Assembly: GCA_963839475.1 (NCBI GenBank)
Contig: CAWIVH010000018.1
Span: 9,012 to 73,011 of the forward strand
From: an uncultured Acidobacteriota bacterium
GTDB taxonomy: Bacteria; Acidobacteriota; UBA6911
Reading direction: 5' to 3'
Length of the DNA: 64,000 nucleotides
Shown in pieces: positions 30,245 through 40,965 of this stretch (within the stretch, counting starts at the first letter, position 1; each line of letters begins with the position of its first letter). The position numbers and the translations under genes were made by a program. The notes beneath the pieces are model-generated. The model had not been told where the DNA came from. It saw only the letters and a list, made by a program, of their open reading frames with translations, and did no database searches.

Positions 30245-31606
30245 TCATCTTCCCACGGCGAAAAGGGTGTGCTCAGCTCGAACAAACATCATCCCCTCCG
30301 ATAGAGCGGCGGTTGCCATCATTCGCTCACCCATCCGGTTGGTTGCCAGAAGTTGGAAGTCTCTGCCTGCTTTCACAACAAATATGTCTCCGTCCTCGCT
30401 GAAAAGATAGATCCGGCCGTCTGCCGCCACAGGAGATGCGCTGAAGCCGCCGCCCTGGTGCGCAATGCGCTGCCTGTAAATCTCTTTGCCGCTCCTGAGC
30501 TCATAGCAGTCGAGGATTCCCTGATTGGCCAGGGAATACATCAAACCGCCGTAAATGAGCGGCGTCGGCATATAAGGGCCGCGCTGCTGCCGGCTCCAAA
30601 GGATCCGTTCGCTGGAGGTGTTCTCCTTGCCCAATGTGATGTCCCCGGTGGAGCCCGCGCGTATGACAAATATCGGAGCTTCGGGACGGCGGCCGCTGGC
30701 CACGACGATCAAATCATCGGAACATATCGGTGTCGGAGCCGTGATTTTTGAACTACCTCCCAGCCTCCAGATTTCCTTCCCCGATTCGGGATCATAGCCG
30801 CGAATAAAATTGGAGGCGTTGGTGACCAATTCGGCGTTCTTCGCTCCGCGGCAAACCGTAGGAGTTCCCCAGCTCGGCAATTCCTCTCGATCGGCGCTCC
30901 AGGCATTCGTACCGTCATCCACATGAACTGCAAGGAGGAAATCTCTCTTCTGGGTATCGCATTGGACGATGACCTTTCCGCCATAAATGATGGGAGAGCT
31001 TGCGGTTCCCCATTCATATTGGGGGGCGTCATAAGCACCGACGTCGAGCACGCCAAGATCACGTTTCCAAATAAGCTTGCCGTTTATATCGAAGCAATAG
31101 AGCCCCTGGGAGCCAAAAAACGCCACTACATGCTTGCCATCCACGGCCGGGGTCGAATTAGCATAGGTAGACTTTATGTGTCGCTTTTCGCGCGGCACAC
31201 CCTCATATGCCAGGCTATTCCACAATACGCGCCCATTCTGCTTGTCCAGGCATAAAACCCTCCATTGCTGGCTTGACTGATCGTCTGAGGCATCCCCTTC
31301 GCCGAAGAGCCCGTGCTTGAAAGTAGCCTCTCCCCTGCTGCTGACAGCGGTAGTAACGAATACCTTCCCGCCCCAGACGACCGGACTGGAATGGGCAAGG
31401 CCGGGAATTGGAGTTTTCCATTTGAGGTTTTCCCCGGTAATAGCATCCCACCGGTCCGGGAGGTTTTGACCATCCGCAACGCCCGAAGCGTTCACGCCCC
31501 TAAACGACGGCCAGTTGGGTTCTGAAACAGCCGCAGCCATGAACAACGCAGAAGCAAGAATCGCCAGGCCGGGCCGCAGCGTTTTACGAATTATCGATTT
31601 CCTCAT
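30245..31606 (-). CDS. PQQ-like beta-propeller repeat protein (BamB/PQQ-enzyme-repeat family), secreted
   Basis: Signal peptide [27 protein letters not shown]. Repeated W/G-rich blades ([12 protein letters not shown], ..[10 protein letters not shown].., ..LIYGGLMYS..). Confidence 0.75.
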   Translation of the reverse strand: MRKSIIRKTLRPGLAILASALFMAAAVSEPNWPSFRGVNASGVADGQNLPDRWDAITGENLKWKTPIPGLAHSSPVVWGGKVFVTTAVSSRGEATFKHGLFGEGDASDDQSSQQWRVLCLDKQNGRVLWNSLAYEGVPREKRHIKSTYANSTPAVDGKHVVAFFGSQGLYCFDINGKLIWKRDLGVLDVGAYDAPQYEWGTASSPIIYGGKVIVQCDTQKRDFLLAVHVDDGTNAWSADREELPSWGTPTVCRGAKNAELVTNASNFIRGYDPESGKEIWRLGGSSKITAPTPICSDDLIVVASGRRPEAPIFVIRAGSTGDITLGKENTSSERILWSRQQRGPYMPTPLIYGGLMYSLANQGILDCYELRSGKEIYRQRIAHQGGGFSASPVAADGRIYLFSEDGDIFVVKAGRDFQLLATNRMGERMMATAALSEGMMFVRAEHTLFAVGR

Positions 31607-31711
31607 AATGTCGTCTCCCTCGGCTCCAGTTTAGGGGCGGGTACTGAGAAACATGAAATCGTGATTCTGGCCTATTGTAACGTGAAAGTCTGCTCGGAGG
31701 AGATTTCGCGG

Positions 31712-34180
31712 TCAGGCTTCGACTTCAGTTTTGCATTCCGGCATGTGTGTGTCGCCACAGGCGGGCAAAGTGATGATGAAGGTGGCTCCCCCCGCCTCGT
31801 TGTTCTCAGCCCAGATGTGCCCCTGATGAGCCGTTATGATTGTCTGGGCAATCGAAAGCCCCATCCCGATGCCGGTGGGCTTGGTTGTGTAAAACGGCTC
31901 GAACAGATGGGGCAGTTCATCCGGTCCGATGCCAAGGCCCGTGTCCATCACCGACAATTCCACCTGGGTGCAGTTGCGCAATCGAGTGCGCACGGCAATA
32001 CTTCGAATTTTGCGAGGCCGGCTTGCGATGGCATCCATGCTGTTGAGAATGAGATTCAACAGCACCTGCTGCAAATGGATCCGGTCGCCGGAGATTTTGG
32101 GGAGAGGGCGGGCGAGGTCGGCGATCAACGAGATCCGGCGCATTTCAGCTTCTCTATTGATCAAAAGCCATACGTCTTCTACCAGGGAATTGATTTCGAG
32201 CGGCAGTCGCTCCATTTCTCCTCTGCGGAACAAAGCGCGCAGCCGGCGGATCACCTCACTGGCGCGCTTGTCGTCCTCTCGAATGTCGGCAAGGATTTCG
32301 CGCAATTCATCGAGCGCCGGGGGATCCTGCCGGAGAAACACTTCCGCAGCGGCAGCATTGGTAAAGATGGCGCTGAGAGGCTGGTTCAGCTCGTGGGCCA
32401 GCGAGGCAGCAAGTTCCCCCATTGTGGTAACGCGCGCAACGTGCGCCAGTTCTGTGCGTTGCCGGAGAAGCTCGGCTTCGGCATTTTTGGCTTCCGTGAT
32501 GTCTCTGCAGACATGAACGACACCGGTAGCCTTCCCCGCCGCATCCCGGATGAGATCAGTCGAAACCAATAACCATCTGCCGGTACCGGCGTGCAACATC
32601 TCGAGTTCCGCGCTTTCCTGGCTCTGAAATGTAACCTGGCAAGGACAAGCAATTATCGGGCAACTGGTCCCATGCATGGCCGTATAGCAGAAGCTCCCGA
32701 CAATCTGTTCCAAGGGTAAGCCCAGGAATCGGACGGTCGCGGCATTGACCCGGACGATGCGATACTCCGAATCGAGTATCATTACAGGATCATTGATGGA
32801 ATCGAAGGTTGTCTGCCACTCCGTGGCGGCGGATTGGATTCGTTCCGACATCTGCTTCGTTTCCGTTATATCCCGAACCACTCCATAAGTGCGGACCGCC
32901 CGCCCGGAATCGTTTCGGCCGGAAACACAGGCAACATGGTGGAGCCACTTCATTCCGTGCTCCGGATGCAAATAGCGATATTCAAGTGAGAGGCGATCCA
33001 GCCTTCCGTCCTGCAATTTCTGTCGATATTCCAGCACTCGCTCGCGATCGTCCGGATGGATTTGCTCCATCCACATCTCCACGGGTCGCACATTCTTATG
33101 TGGACCGGAGGGAACGCCGCAGATATCGTGAAATCGATCCTGGATGAAAGTAGTTTGATCTGCAAAGTTGATCTCGTAGTAACCAAGGCCGGCCAGTTCG
33201 ACTCCCGCCTCCAGGCGAGCCTCACTGGCCCGAAATGCATCTTCAGCCCGCCTGCGATCGGTAATGTCCTCCACCACCGAAATGAAGTGCCGTGGATCGC
33301 CCCGTGCACTTCGCACAAGAGAAACAGTCAGGTTGATCCACACCAGCGAACGATCCTTGCGGATGTAGCGTTTCTCCATGGAATAGGTCTTGATTTCACC
33401 GGACAGGACCTGGTGCACATAATCCAGGTCTATCTCCAGATCATCGGGGTGGGTGATATCCTGAAATGTGCATCGCAGCAGCTCCTCGCGGGAATAGCCG
33501 ACGATGGCGCAGAGCTTGTCGTTGACACGCAACCAGCGGCCGTCGATCCCAACATGAGCGATGCCTACCGCTGCCTGCTCGAAAGTGGCCCGGTTAACTT
33601 CCTCACTCTCCCTCAGCGCCCTGTCGGCATATTTCCGGGCAAGGGCGTTGGCAAACACCTGCGCGATAAGCTGGAGGCCTTTAACTACCGTTGCGGGCCA
33701 GTCCCTCTCCTCGCGCACGACAGCGAATGTCAGCAATCCAAATGGTGCGCCGCCTCCAACAGATAACGGAACCAAAACGTCGGATTTGGTTCCCAATAAA
33801 GTATAACTCTGCCGATCGAGGCCTGCCTCCAATGGAAGTTCTGACACTCTGGAGAAAATGACCGTTTCTCCGCCCAATACTTTCCGGCTTGTCCAGGGAA
33901 AAAGCTCTTCAAGGCTTACTTTCCCTGTGGCAGGTGGTATTCCCTGCGGCTGGTTAACATGTGTCAGCACCAGAGTCGTGGCCTGTTCGGGGGACACCTG
34001 CCAGAGTGTGGAACGATCAAGATCCAGGAATTCACAGATGCGCCGCTGGGCGCCTTTGATTTCGTCGTCCACCTGGTCGGCAGGGACACTGACAAAACGC
34101 GATGATATTTCGGCCAGGAGCGTCTCGAATCTCAGGCGCTTTTCCAGTGTGCCGGGAGGTTTCCTGTTTTCTGGGCCCAT
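31712..34180 (-). CDS. Multi-sensor (GAF + several PAS) histidine kinase
   Basis: H-box MGELAASLAHELNQPLSAI. HATPase N/G boxes LNLILNSMDAI, DTGLGIG and GIGMGLSIAQTI. Upstream PAS-like repeats contain ..NDPVMILD.. and ..WLRVNDKLCAIVGYSREEL. Confidence 0.9.
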   Translation of the reverse strand: MGPENRKPPGTLEKRLRFETLLAEISSRFVSVPADQVDDEIKGAQRRICEFLDLDRSTLWQVSPEQATTLVLTHVNQPQGIPPATGKVSLEELFPWTSRKVLGGETVIFSRVSELPLEAGLDRQSYTLLGTKSDVLVPLSVGGGAPFGLLTFAVVREERDWPATVVKGLQLIAQVFANALARKYADRALRESEEVNRATFEQAAVGIAHVGIDGRWLRVNDKLCAIVGYSREELLRCTFQDITHPDDLEIDLDYVHQVLSGEIKTYSMEKRYIRKDRSLVWINLTVSLVRSARGDPRHFISVVEDITDRRRAEDAFRASEARLEAGVELAGLGYYEINFADQTTFIQDRFHDICGVPSGPHKNVRPVEMWMEQIHPDDRERVLEYRQKLQDGRLDRLSLEYRYLHPEHGMKWLHHVACVSGRNDSGRAVRTYGVVRDITETKQMSERIQSAATEWQTTFDSINDPVMILDSEYRIVRVNAATVRFLGLPLEQIVGSFCYTAMHGTSCPIIACPCQVTFQSQESAELEMLHAGTGRWLLVSTDLIRDAAGKATGVVHVCRDITEAKNAEAELLRQRTELAHVARVTTMGELAASLAHELNQPLSAIFTNAAAAEVFLRQDPPALDELREILADIREDDKRASEVIRRLRALFRRGEMERLPLEINSLVEDVWLLINREAEMRRISLIADLARPLPKISGDRIHLQQVLLNLILNSMDAIASRPRKIRSIAVRTRLRNCTQVELSVMDTGLGIGPDELPHLFEPFYTTKPTGIGMGLSIAQTIITAHQGHIWAENNEAGGATFIITLPACGDTHMPECKTEVEA

Positions 34181-34281
34181 GAAGTGTTGGCTTCGCCTCA
34201 GTCTCTATAAAGTTGAGGATACTTTAGCATGGCTCGAGTAAGCCGCTGACTCGCATGATGAGTGAGTCCACCAACTATGAA

Positions 34282-34806
34282 CTATCCGTTTCTGGATTCA
34301 CAATGCTTCGACCCCTTAATATTGGGCCGCAACAGTCTTGTCAGCCGATTCGATAAAGCGCGAGCCAGTCCGTAGGGCAGCACTATCAGAACCGGACCGA
34401 CCACAAGCGCCGCACCCGGATGCGAAATCCCCAGGATGATCCACTGGAATACGGCGTCCATGAGGATTCCCATCAGGATGAGATTCGCGATGGTCTCCAA
34501 ACCGCTTTTCAGGAGTTCTCCCCTCAGCTCGCGATGGAAAAGAACTCCGTACAAGTACGGCGGCCGCCCGGCCCGGGCATCGGCGATGCCGCTGAGAATG
34601 CCGAGTAGGATCGCTGTTGCGGGCTGCAGAATGAAACGGAAGCGGCCGGGGCCGGTAAACCTCCCGGGTATATCTTCGAGGAACGTCTGCGAGAACAGGT
34701 AGAATCCCCCCCTTTGCCAGACATCACGAAAAGAGCCGGGTAAGGACAACACAAGCACGAACAGCGTCAGGCCGGCGAGAATCAAAGTCGAGCTTTTGAT
34801 CCCCAT
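34282..34806 (-). CDS. Hypothetical polytopic membrane protein
   Basis: About 4 hydrophobic helices (STLILAGLTLFVLVLSL; ILQPATAILLGILSGIA; LILMGILMDAVFQWIILGI; LVVGPVLIVLPYGLA). Confidence 0.45.
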   Translation of the reverse strand: MGIKSSTLILAGLTLFVLVLSLPGSFRDVWQRGGFYLFSQTFLEDIPGRFTGPGRFRFILQPATAILLGILSGIADARAGRPPYLYGVLFHRELRGELLKSGLETIANLILMGILMDAVFQWIILGISHPGAALVVGPVLIVLPYGLARALSNRLTRLLRPNIKGSKHCESRNG

Positions 34807-34974
34807 CTTCTTACCTAGTTGCCGCACGACTGAGCTCATGCAAACGATCCGATGTAAACCTTCGAAGCCAGGAATCCCTCCGAAAGGTGCATCGCCAGGG
34901 TTTCAAAAGCAACACCAGAGTTTTAGGTGCAGGAGGCAGTCCCCGGCCTCGCTGTTCTTCCTGTTCACAAGGAT

Positions 34975-35925
34975 TTAGATTTTCGGCCGTCCAATCCAGG
35001 AATATTGCCACGCCGCGCTGAGGTTGTGGAAATTGCCACCGAACCTGATATAAGTGCCCCTGCTGTAGCTCACCTTGACGGACTGATGACGGCTCAAGGG
35101 AACTGAGCCAGTCGCTCCCAGCCGCGAATTGCTCTGAAGGGTTACGGGATTTTCCACTCCATTCAGGCTGGTTTTGCCCCCGAACCAGAAGTTGGCATCA
35201 AACGACAGCCAAAGCCTTGCTTTCACGTCATAGCTAAAGTGACTCTCAAAAGCTGCGATCGGCTTCTGGGTTTGAACCTGGACGTAGGGAACATATTGAT
35301 TCCGAGAGAAGAACTCCGGATTATGGGTGTAGAACCAAACGCCGGCATAGGCGTCCAGGATCCAATGCCCCCTTCTCTTCGAGTAACCGAATTCAGGCTT
35401 GAATCCCCATCGGTTTCCGCCCAGGTTGATCAGTTTCTGGGGATCGTATTGCCCGGTTGGAGCCATCACCTTCAGACTCACCCCGAGCACGGTCTTCTGC
35501 TGGTATTTCATGAAATCCCGGATTTCCATCGCCGGTCCGCCCTTCAGATTCACGGCCAGACGGTACACCGTATCAAACATGCCGGAACGGTAGACGTTGG
35601 TCTCCGTCCCCAGGACATTCCCCTTGAAGTTGGCTACGCCATAGGGCAACGAGGCAGTGAAATTGGCGGAGCGGCCGAAGAATCTGAACGAGTGATAAAG
35701 GCTGAGGATGGGCGCATTGGCTCTCGCGGTCGCATCGGTGATGGGCACAGCACCGTTGAACATCAGGTTCCCGTCAAAGAAAGAATTCGATATGACGATC
35801 GCATTGCTGTGGATGGGGGTGATCACGTAAGCACGGGGCGTAAGATCTTGTCCCAGGCAAGCCGTGCAGCATAACAGCAATCCCAGCATCCAGACGGCCG
35901 GCCTCAGTTGAATCGTGTCACTCAT
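34975..35925 (-). CDS. Outer-membrane beta-barrel of the MetA-pathway / phenol-degradation-like 'transporter' family
   Basis: Signal peptide MSDTIQLRPAVWMLGLLLCCTACLG after RBS ggaggg. Alternating amphipathic strands. Terminal aromatic ..YSWIGRPKI. Confidence 0.6.
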   Translation of the reverse strand: MSDTIQLRPAVWMLGLLLCCTACLGQDLTPRAYVITPIHSNAIVISNSFFDGNLMFNGAVPITDATARANAPILSLYHSFRFFGRSANFTASLPYGVANFKGNVLGTETNVYRSGMFDTVYRLAVNLKGGPAMEIRDFMKYQQKTVLGVSLKVMAPTGQYDPQKLINLGGNRWGFKPEFGYSKRRGHWILDAYAGVWFYTHNPEFFSRNQYVPYVQVQTQKPIAAFESHFSYDVKARLWLSFDANFWFGGKTSLNGVENPVTLQSNSRLGATGSVPLSRHQSVKVSYSRGTYIRFGGNFHNLSAAWQYSWIGRPKI

Positions 35926-36268
35926 TCTCCCTCCAGTGCGGACATGATCCGCCTCCTTGCACAGATCCTCGGCCTCCCACCCTCCCCTGATACTGAAGTC
36001 GAAAAAGACCACCGCCCGTTGGGATAAGGAGTCCTTTACGAATTTTTCGCCAGGCAAATGAAAGGGCGCTACGGTCGCACAGTGTACTCCAACCCAGCCA
36101 GAATATCACCCATCGAGCTGAGGAAAGGGGTTCATCATATTCAAAAGTCTTCCAAGCTCAAGGAGTTGGCCGGGAAGATCTGGGCAGTACCGAGACCTGC
36201 TCATTGAGGAAGCCAAAATCCTGTCGCTTTGATCTGAACCAGGCTTCTGAGGCGCTGCCGGCGGGCAG

Positions 36269-38317
36269 CTAGCGCGCCCAGAGTCGCTCAAATTCCGCTT
36301 TATAGTTCTGGATCGTTGTAGATCCCGTTAAAAAAAGGGCATTTTCATAATTGGAGCTTTCAGCCGAGGCCGACCAGTTGTAGCTGCCTGTAAACAATAC
36401 CCTGGAATCCAGAAGCATGAATTTATTGTGCATTATCCCGCCCGCGATGCCGGTCATCCGCTTCAAATCAAAGCCCAGTCCTTCGAGGGTCGTAATCTCG
36501 CTTCCCGAGCCCTCTGCCTGGCTGTTATCGGCAATGATCCGAATAGTCACTCCGCGATTCCTGGCGGCGATAAGGGCATCCCGTGTTGCATCAGCCGTAA
36601 AGCTGTAGATAGCAATATCAATGTTCGATTGAGCTTTGTTGATTTCCGCTATCAGGCGGTCGCGAACCCCTCCATTGGGCGAAAACAAAGCGGTCGCTCC
36701 GGCCGGAACGTACCCAGATTGGTTTGCGGATACCGTCGAAAAAACGGAGGTGGAATGGTACCGCAGGACTGTTGCCGCCAGGTACCCGGATGCAAGGCTA
36801 ATCTCCACCCTTCCCGTTGGGGCTCCGCTCCCGAAAACCTGCGAAAGAAAAGCAGCCGTGTGGCTTCCCGGGGGGAGCTTGATCGGGGAGACACCGAACT
36901 CTGAACCGTCCTTCCGAAGCAACCTTATCGTTCCATTCGCCTCCAGGCTCCCGGGATTGGCAAGGGCAAATCCGGTTTGGAAGTCGCGATCTTCATCCGC
37001 GAAGAAATCGATCTTTGACACTGGCAGAATTCCGGGAACCGAAGCCTCTGAAAACAAGGTCCGTCCTTTGTATAGCTGGAAAACTGCGTTCCCGCCCAAA
37101 TCGATAAAAGGGGCGGAGGTCACGCGAACCCATCCTGTCGCGACGGAAGCCGCCGATCCCGAGGTGGATACTTTGGTAGAGCCGCGCGCCGGAACAAACA
37201 CCTCCTTCGTAGCCGAATTCACGCCATCCACAGCAATACTCAGCGGCTCCCCTGAATCCGAAAAAAAAGAAAGCGTCGCATGCGTGGCTGTGTCGGTGGG
37301 ATTCGTGAGCAGGAAGTCCGATACATAGCCGCCGCCATCGGCAAATTGTGGGAAGACGAAATTGGCTTGGACCTCCGCAGCGGCAGCACGCGCGACTGGA
37401 ACAGTCATGATCGCGGCCGCTTTCCGACCCTGGTCGTCGATCACCGCCACGGGTATCGGCTTCGCGCCGGTCGGAAGAGAGTCCGGCACACTATATTGGA
37501 AGGAAAATTTCAAATCGCCGGCTCTCTCATCGCCTTGAGTTCCATCATCATAAAACCGCTGGATGAGCGGGCCATTCAACGATGAAAGATCACCCGACAC
37601 AGTGATTCCGGTGCTTGCAGGATTCGCCCCTGGAACGACGGTCGCGATCATCAGAACGCTTCCGCCGGGTGTTACCGGAGCCGGCTTCACAATGGCAGTT
37701 ATTGTCGGATTCGTTGAGGGGAATGTTCCCGTGCTGTTGCGCGGATTGGGCGGTCCAGTCGTGAAGTCCTGAGCATTGTTGTCGGTGTCGGTTGTTCCGC
37801 CGTTTACCCGGAACAATGCAGTCGTGTTGGACAAGGAAGGAGCAGGACTACCTTCTGAACAGTTGGCGCCGCCATAGCCGACAAGGTCGACAACTCCGGA
37901 CGGACATCCGCCCGCCAGGGCCGAACTATTGCTGGTGAGGGCAACCTTGCCGGCGCTGGAACCCAAAGCCAGCATGCCCCTGGCATCAGGCACCGGAAGG
38001 TCGACCGTGCCACCTGCCCCTTGGGCCTCTTCAATCAAAAAATATCGGCCCGGCAGGAGGGTGCCGGTTAGAGGCGTGGCCTCCCAGGTCGTGCCGCCGG
38101 CTGATGAATATTGGACGGCCCAGCCTGCAAGATCCACGGGGGTTGTGCCGCGGTTATAGAGCTCAATAAAATCGTTCTTATAGCTGGCGCCGGAGTTGCC
38201 GCCGCCACCGTAAACTTGGCTGATGACGATGCTGGGAGATGCCGAAAACGACGGCAAGGCGCGCGCGGCTAAGACAGCCGCGACGATCAGAGTAACCCTG
38301 CTGCATGCGCGAAGCAT
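36269..38317 (-). CDS. Secreted nuclease-like protein: lamin-tail domain (LTD), Ig-like linker, one two-lobed copy of the recurring uncharacterised module (~nt 36757-37417), and a C-terminal PLD-family HKD (Nuc-like) domain
   Basis: LTD: ISQVYGGGGNSGASYKNDFIELYNRGTTPVDLAGWAVQYSSAGGTTW. Module: NFVFPQFADGGGYVSDFLLTNP..GWVRV.. then FQTGFALANPG..LAATVLRYHSTSVFSTV. HKD: HNKFMLLDSRVLFTGSYNWS (HxKx4Dx6GSxN). Signal peptide MLRACSRVTLIVAAVLAARA. Confidence 0.8.
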   Translation of the reverse strand: MLRACSRVTLIVAAVLAARALPSFSASPSIVISQVYGGGGNSGASYKNDFIELYNRGTTPVDLAGWAVQYSSAGGTTWEATPLTGTLLPGRYFLIEEAQGAGGTVDLPVPDARGMLALGSSAGKVALTSNSSALAGGCPSGVVDLVGYGGANCSEGSPAPSLSNTTALFRVNGGTTDTDNNAQDFTTGPPNPRNSTGTFPSTNPTITAIVKPAPVTPGGSVLMIATVVPGANPASTGITVSGDLSSLNGPLIQRFYDDGTQGDERAGDLKFSFQYSVPDSLPTGAKPIPVAVIDDQGRKAAAIMTVPVARAAAAEVQANFVFPQFADGGGYVSDFLLTNPTDTATHATLSFFSDSGEPLSIAVDGVNSATKEVFVPARGSTKVSTSGSAASVATGWVRVTSAPFIDLGGNAVFQLYKGRTLFSEASVPGILPVSKIDFFADEDRDFQTGFALANPGSLEANGTIRLLRKDGSEFGVSPIKLPPGSHTAAFLSQVFGSGAPTGRVEISLASGYLAATVLRYHSTSVFSTVSANQSGYVPAGATALFSPNGGVRDRLIAEINKAQSNIDIAIYSFTADATRDALIAARNRGVTIRIIADNSQAEGSGSEITTLEGLGFDLKRMTGIAGGIMHNKFMLLDSRVLFTGSYNWSASAESSNYENALFLTGSTTIQNYKAEFERLWAR

Positions 38318-38398
38318 AAAACCTCATATCAAAAGGATTCAGCAAACTTCAATCTGCGAGAGTTTGCCCGGGTGGATGGCAAGGGGGGCCCGGCCGAA

Positions 38399-39502
38399 TT
38401 ACCTCCAGGATTGCTGTGCCAATTCCTCCAGGTCGATCAGGGCTACGGTTTCATGGGTGCGCCCCGTATGAAACTGCACATAACGGCCCATCCTGTCGAA
38501 CGACGGGTGGGCGTGGACCCGGATCTGGTCGCGCAATCCCGTGGCCAGAAGCTTTTCATTGCCGGTTTTTGTTTCGATCAGCCACAATCGGCCCTGCGCG
38601 TCGTCCGCGACCAGGAACTTTCCATCATGCCGGGCGGCCAGGTGCCAGTAATTCCCTTCTTTTACCATGCGCGAGGAGCCGTTGATATTCACCAGCATCA
38701 GACCTTGCTTGTCATTGATCATAGTCATTTCGCCGGTTCCGGGGACCCAGGCTTCGTGTGTCACCCATTCTTTTAGTGGGGTGAACCACTCCTTGGGATC
38801 GGTTCGAGCATAAAAAGGGCGGTTGCCGGTTCCGTCGGAATGGATCAGCCATGTTCTTTGGGGAGCGAAGCCCCCGGTTTCCCATACATAAAAAATCAGC
38901 GGCTCCGATGGATGATGCTGCACATGGCCGATGCGGAAACCCTGTGAAGTGACTTTCCGATATGCACCGGTATCAACGCTAATCACCCCGATTTCCCAGT
39001 TGGATTCGTCGCGCTGCATGGACAACGTCAACCACTTGCCGTCGCCGCTTAAAGTCGGCTGGCCTCCGACGTTGACAAACGGCGGCGGCACGGAGCCGAT
39101 CTTCCGCTCAGAAAAATCGACGATATCCAGGGCAATCACGTCGGCCTCACGGGTATAGTAAATCCTTCGAGCGTTGGTGTGATCCGGACAGGCGCTTGCG
39201 GCATTGGTCTTGGGGTCATCGGTAAGCTGCACCAGGCTGCCCGTCCCGATTTCGGTGCGGAAGATCTGCTTGGAACCGGTCCGGTCCGAAGTGAAGATCA
39301 GATAGCGATTGTCCGCCGTGAAGTTGGAAAAGTGAAAATAGAGATTATCTGCAGCACTGCCGTTGCCTGTCAGTTCCAGAATGCGAACTCCCGTGAGAGG
39401 ATCGAGGTATGACTTCTGCTCGCTGCCCCAGTCTTTTCCGACGTTGCGGGCAGGGTGATCCGACACACAAAGCGCCAGTAGCACAATTGCCATTCGTAAC
39501 AT
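38399..39502 (-). CDS. Oligogalacturonide lyase (PL22)-like beta-propeller protein
   Basis: N-terminal family pattern YLDPLTGVRILELTG..NLYFHFSNFTADNRYLIFTSDRTGSKQIFRTEIGTGSLVQLTDDPK. Signal peptide present. Confidence 0.7.
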   Translation of the reverse strand: MLRMAIVLLALCVSDHPARNVGKDWGSEQKSYLDPLTGVRILELTGNGSAADNLYFHFSNFTADNRYLIFTSDRTGSKQIFRTEIGTGSLVQLTDDPKTNAASACPDHTNARRIYYTREADVIALDIVDFSERKIGSVPPPFVNVGGQPTLSGDGKWLTLSMQRDESNWEIGVISVDTGAYRKVTSQGFRIGHVQHHPSEPLIFYVWETGGFAPQRTWLIHSDGTGNRPFYARTDPKEWFTPLKEWVTHEAWVPGTGEMTMINDKQGLMLVNINGSSRMVKEGNYWHLAARHDGKFLVADDAQGRLWLIETKTGNEKLLATGLRDQIRVHAHPSFDRMGRYVQFHTGRTHETVALIDLEELAQQSWR

Positions 39503-39522
39503 TCGCGGCTCCCATCATAGGC

Positions 39523-40716
39523 TTACCATTGATATTGAGGGATCTTCATCCATTCACCATCCTTCAGTGCAGACTGGTGCGCCACGATCCCGGGAACAGT
39601 CATGTTGAGCGCCGTCACGACATCCACCATCGGCCGGCGGTTTTCCAGTATCGAGGAAACGAACTCATTCATGAGGTACCCGTGAGAGCCGCCGTGCCCG
39701 CCAGGCAGAACTCCCGCAGGAAGAGGCGGACGGCGGACTTCAGGCAGGGTCTTTTCAAGGCCTTGGTACCGGTCTTTGAAGGATCCCTTCTGGCCGCGAA
39801 TCCGCCCCATCTCCCCCTCGTGTCCGGGAGTGTCCCAGCTAACGGCCATTCGCGACGCCCCCCCCTCGCTGGTGCGCAGTAGTGCGATCTCGGTGCCAAA
39901 AGCATTTCGGTAGCGATTGTTCGATGGCTGAAGGTGTGCGATGCGGCTGGCCTGTGCCAAACAGGAGACCTCGGTGAAGCTTCCGCCGCTGACACCGACA
40001 TAATAGGCGTTCGAATGAGTCGGATACCACTGAGGCGGCAAACCGACGCGCCACTCCTGATAGGAAGGTATCGGATTTTCCATGTAATGGAAGTACTCTC
40101 CCTCGGAATAGGCGAGCCGGCCGAAACCGCCCGCATCGTAAATCCGTCGCATGGCATACAGGTCTTCCCGAAAACAAGAGGTTTCGAACATCATGTAGTG
40201 GAGTCCGCTCTTCCTGACCGCCTCCATCAACCGGTCGGCCTGCTCAAGGGAGCCGAAGACGGCCGGGACCGCTGAGGCCACGTGCTTCCCGTGCGCAAGC
40301 ACCTCGATGCAGTGTCGCGCATGGCTGGGAGCATCCGTGGCAACGAACACCGCCTCAATCTTCGGGTCCTTGACCAGTTCCTCGAGGGAGGGATAGGTTT
40401 TCGGGCACCGGACCGCCTTGGCCAACTCCGCGCATCGGTCGGGGAGCAGGTCGCTGACCGCGACGATTTCGACATTGGGGTGGTGCTGGAAACTGAAGTC
40501 GGCACCGAAGCGGCTGTAGCCGTATCCGACGATGCCAACTCGGATTCTGCGATCGGAAACCGGATTCCGCTCTTTCTGGATTCCTGCGGAAACCGGAGAT
40601 TTCTCTTCGCCCTGCGGCGGCTTTTGCTGGGCAGGGGCCGGTCGGGACAATCCTACGACAACGGCTCCGAACCCGACATTTTTCAGGAATGACCGACGTG
40701 CAGCGGAATCGACCAT
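39523..40716 (-). CDS. Gfo/Idh/MocA-family NAD(P)-dependent oxidoreductase with a TAT signal
   Basis: MVDSAARRSFLKNVGFGAVVVGL (twin-Arg). RVGIVGYGYSRFG Rossmann motif. Confidence 0.85.
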   Translation of the reverse strand: MVDSAARRSFLKNVGFGAVVVGLSRPAPAQQKPPQGEEKSPVSAGIQKERNPVSDRRIRVGIVGYGYSRFGADFSFQHHPNVEIVAVSDLLPDRCAELAKAVRCPKTYPSLEELVKDPKIEAVFVATDAPSHARHCIEVLAHGKHVASAVPAVFGSLEQADRLMEAVRKSGLHYMMFETSCFREDLYAMRRIYDAGGFGRLAYSEGEYFHYMENPIPSYQEWRVGLPPQWYPTHSNAYYVGVSGGSFTEVSCLAQASRIAHLQPSNNRYRNAFGTEIALLRTSEGGASRMAVSWDTPGHEGEMGRIRGQKGSFKDRYQGLEKTLPEVRRPPLPAGVLPGGHGGSHGYLMNEFVSSILENRRPMVDVVTALNMTVPGIVAHQSALKDGEWMKIPQYQW

Positions 40717-40920
40717 GGTGATTTTCGCTCCTTGTCCATGGCAGCCACGCTACACCGGAGGAGGTCCGACGTCAATCCACGCGGTAAATGGGGAAGTTCC
40801 TGGTGCTTCATGTAAGAGAGCTGCAAAGAGCCCCTCGGCTGCAAAGGTGCGAACCACGGAGATCGTGACGCAGCCTTTGGCCGCAACCAAATTAGACTGA
40901 GAGTTCTCAGTTCTCAGTTA

Positions 40921-40965
40921 TCAGTATCAGTTCGCAGTCGCATGAGGAACTGCGAACTGATACTG
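40921..40965. repeat. Perfect 17-bp inverted repeat (cagtatcagttcgcagt / actgcgaactgatactg) with a 10-nt loop, embedded in GTTCTCA-type heptamer repeats
   Basis: Read directly from the sequence. Lies between the stop of 41150..42493(-) and the start of 39523..40716(-). Confidence 0.8.

Noticed and set aside
40921-40965. Hairpin as a rho-independent terminator for 41150-42493(-)
   Set aside because: No T/U-run follows the stem on the minus strand, and it sits ~185 nt past the stop. It is treated as a structural or regulatory palindrome instead.
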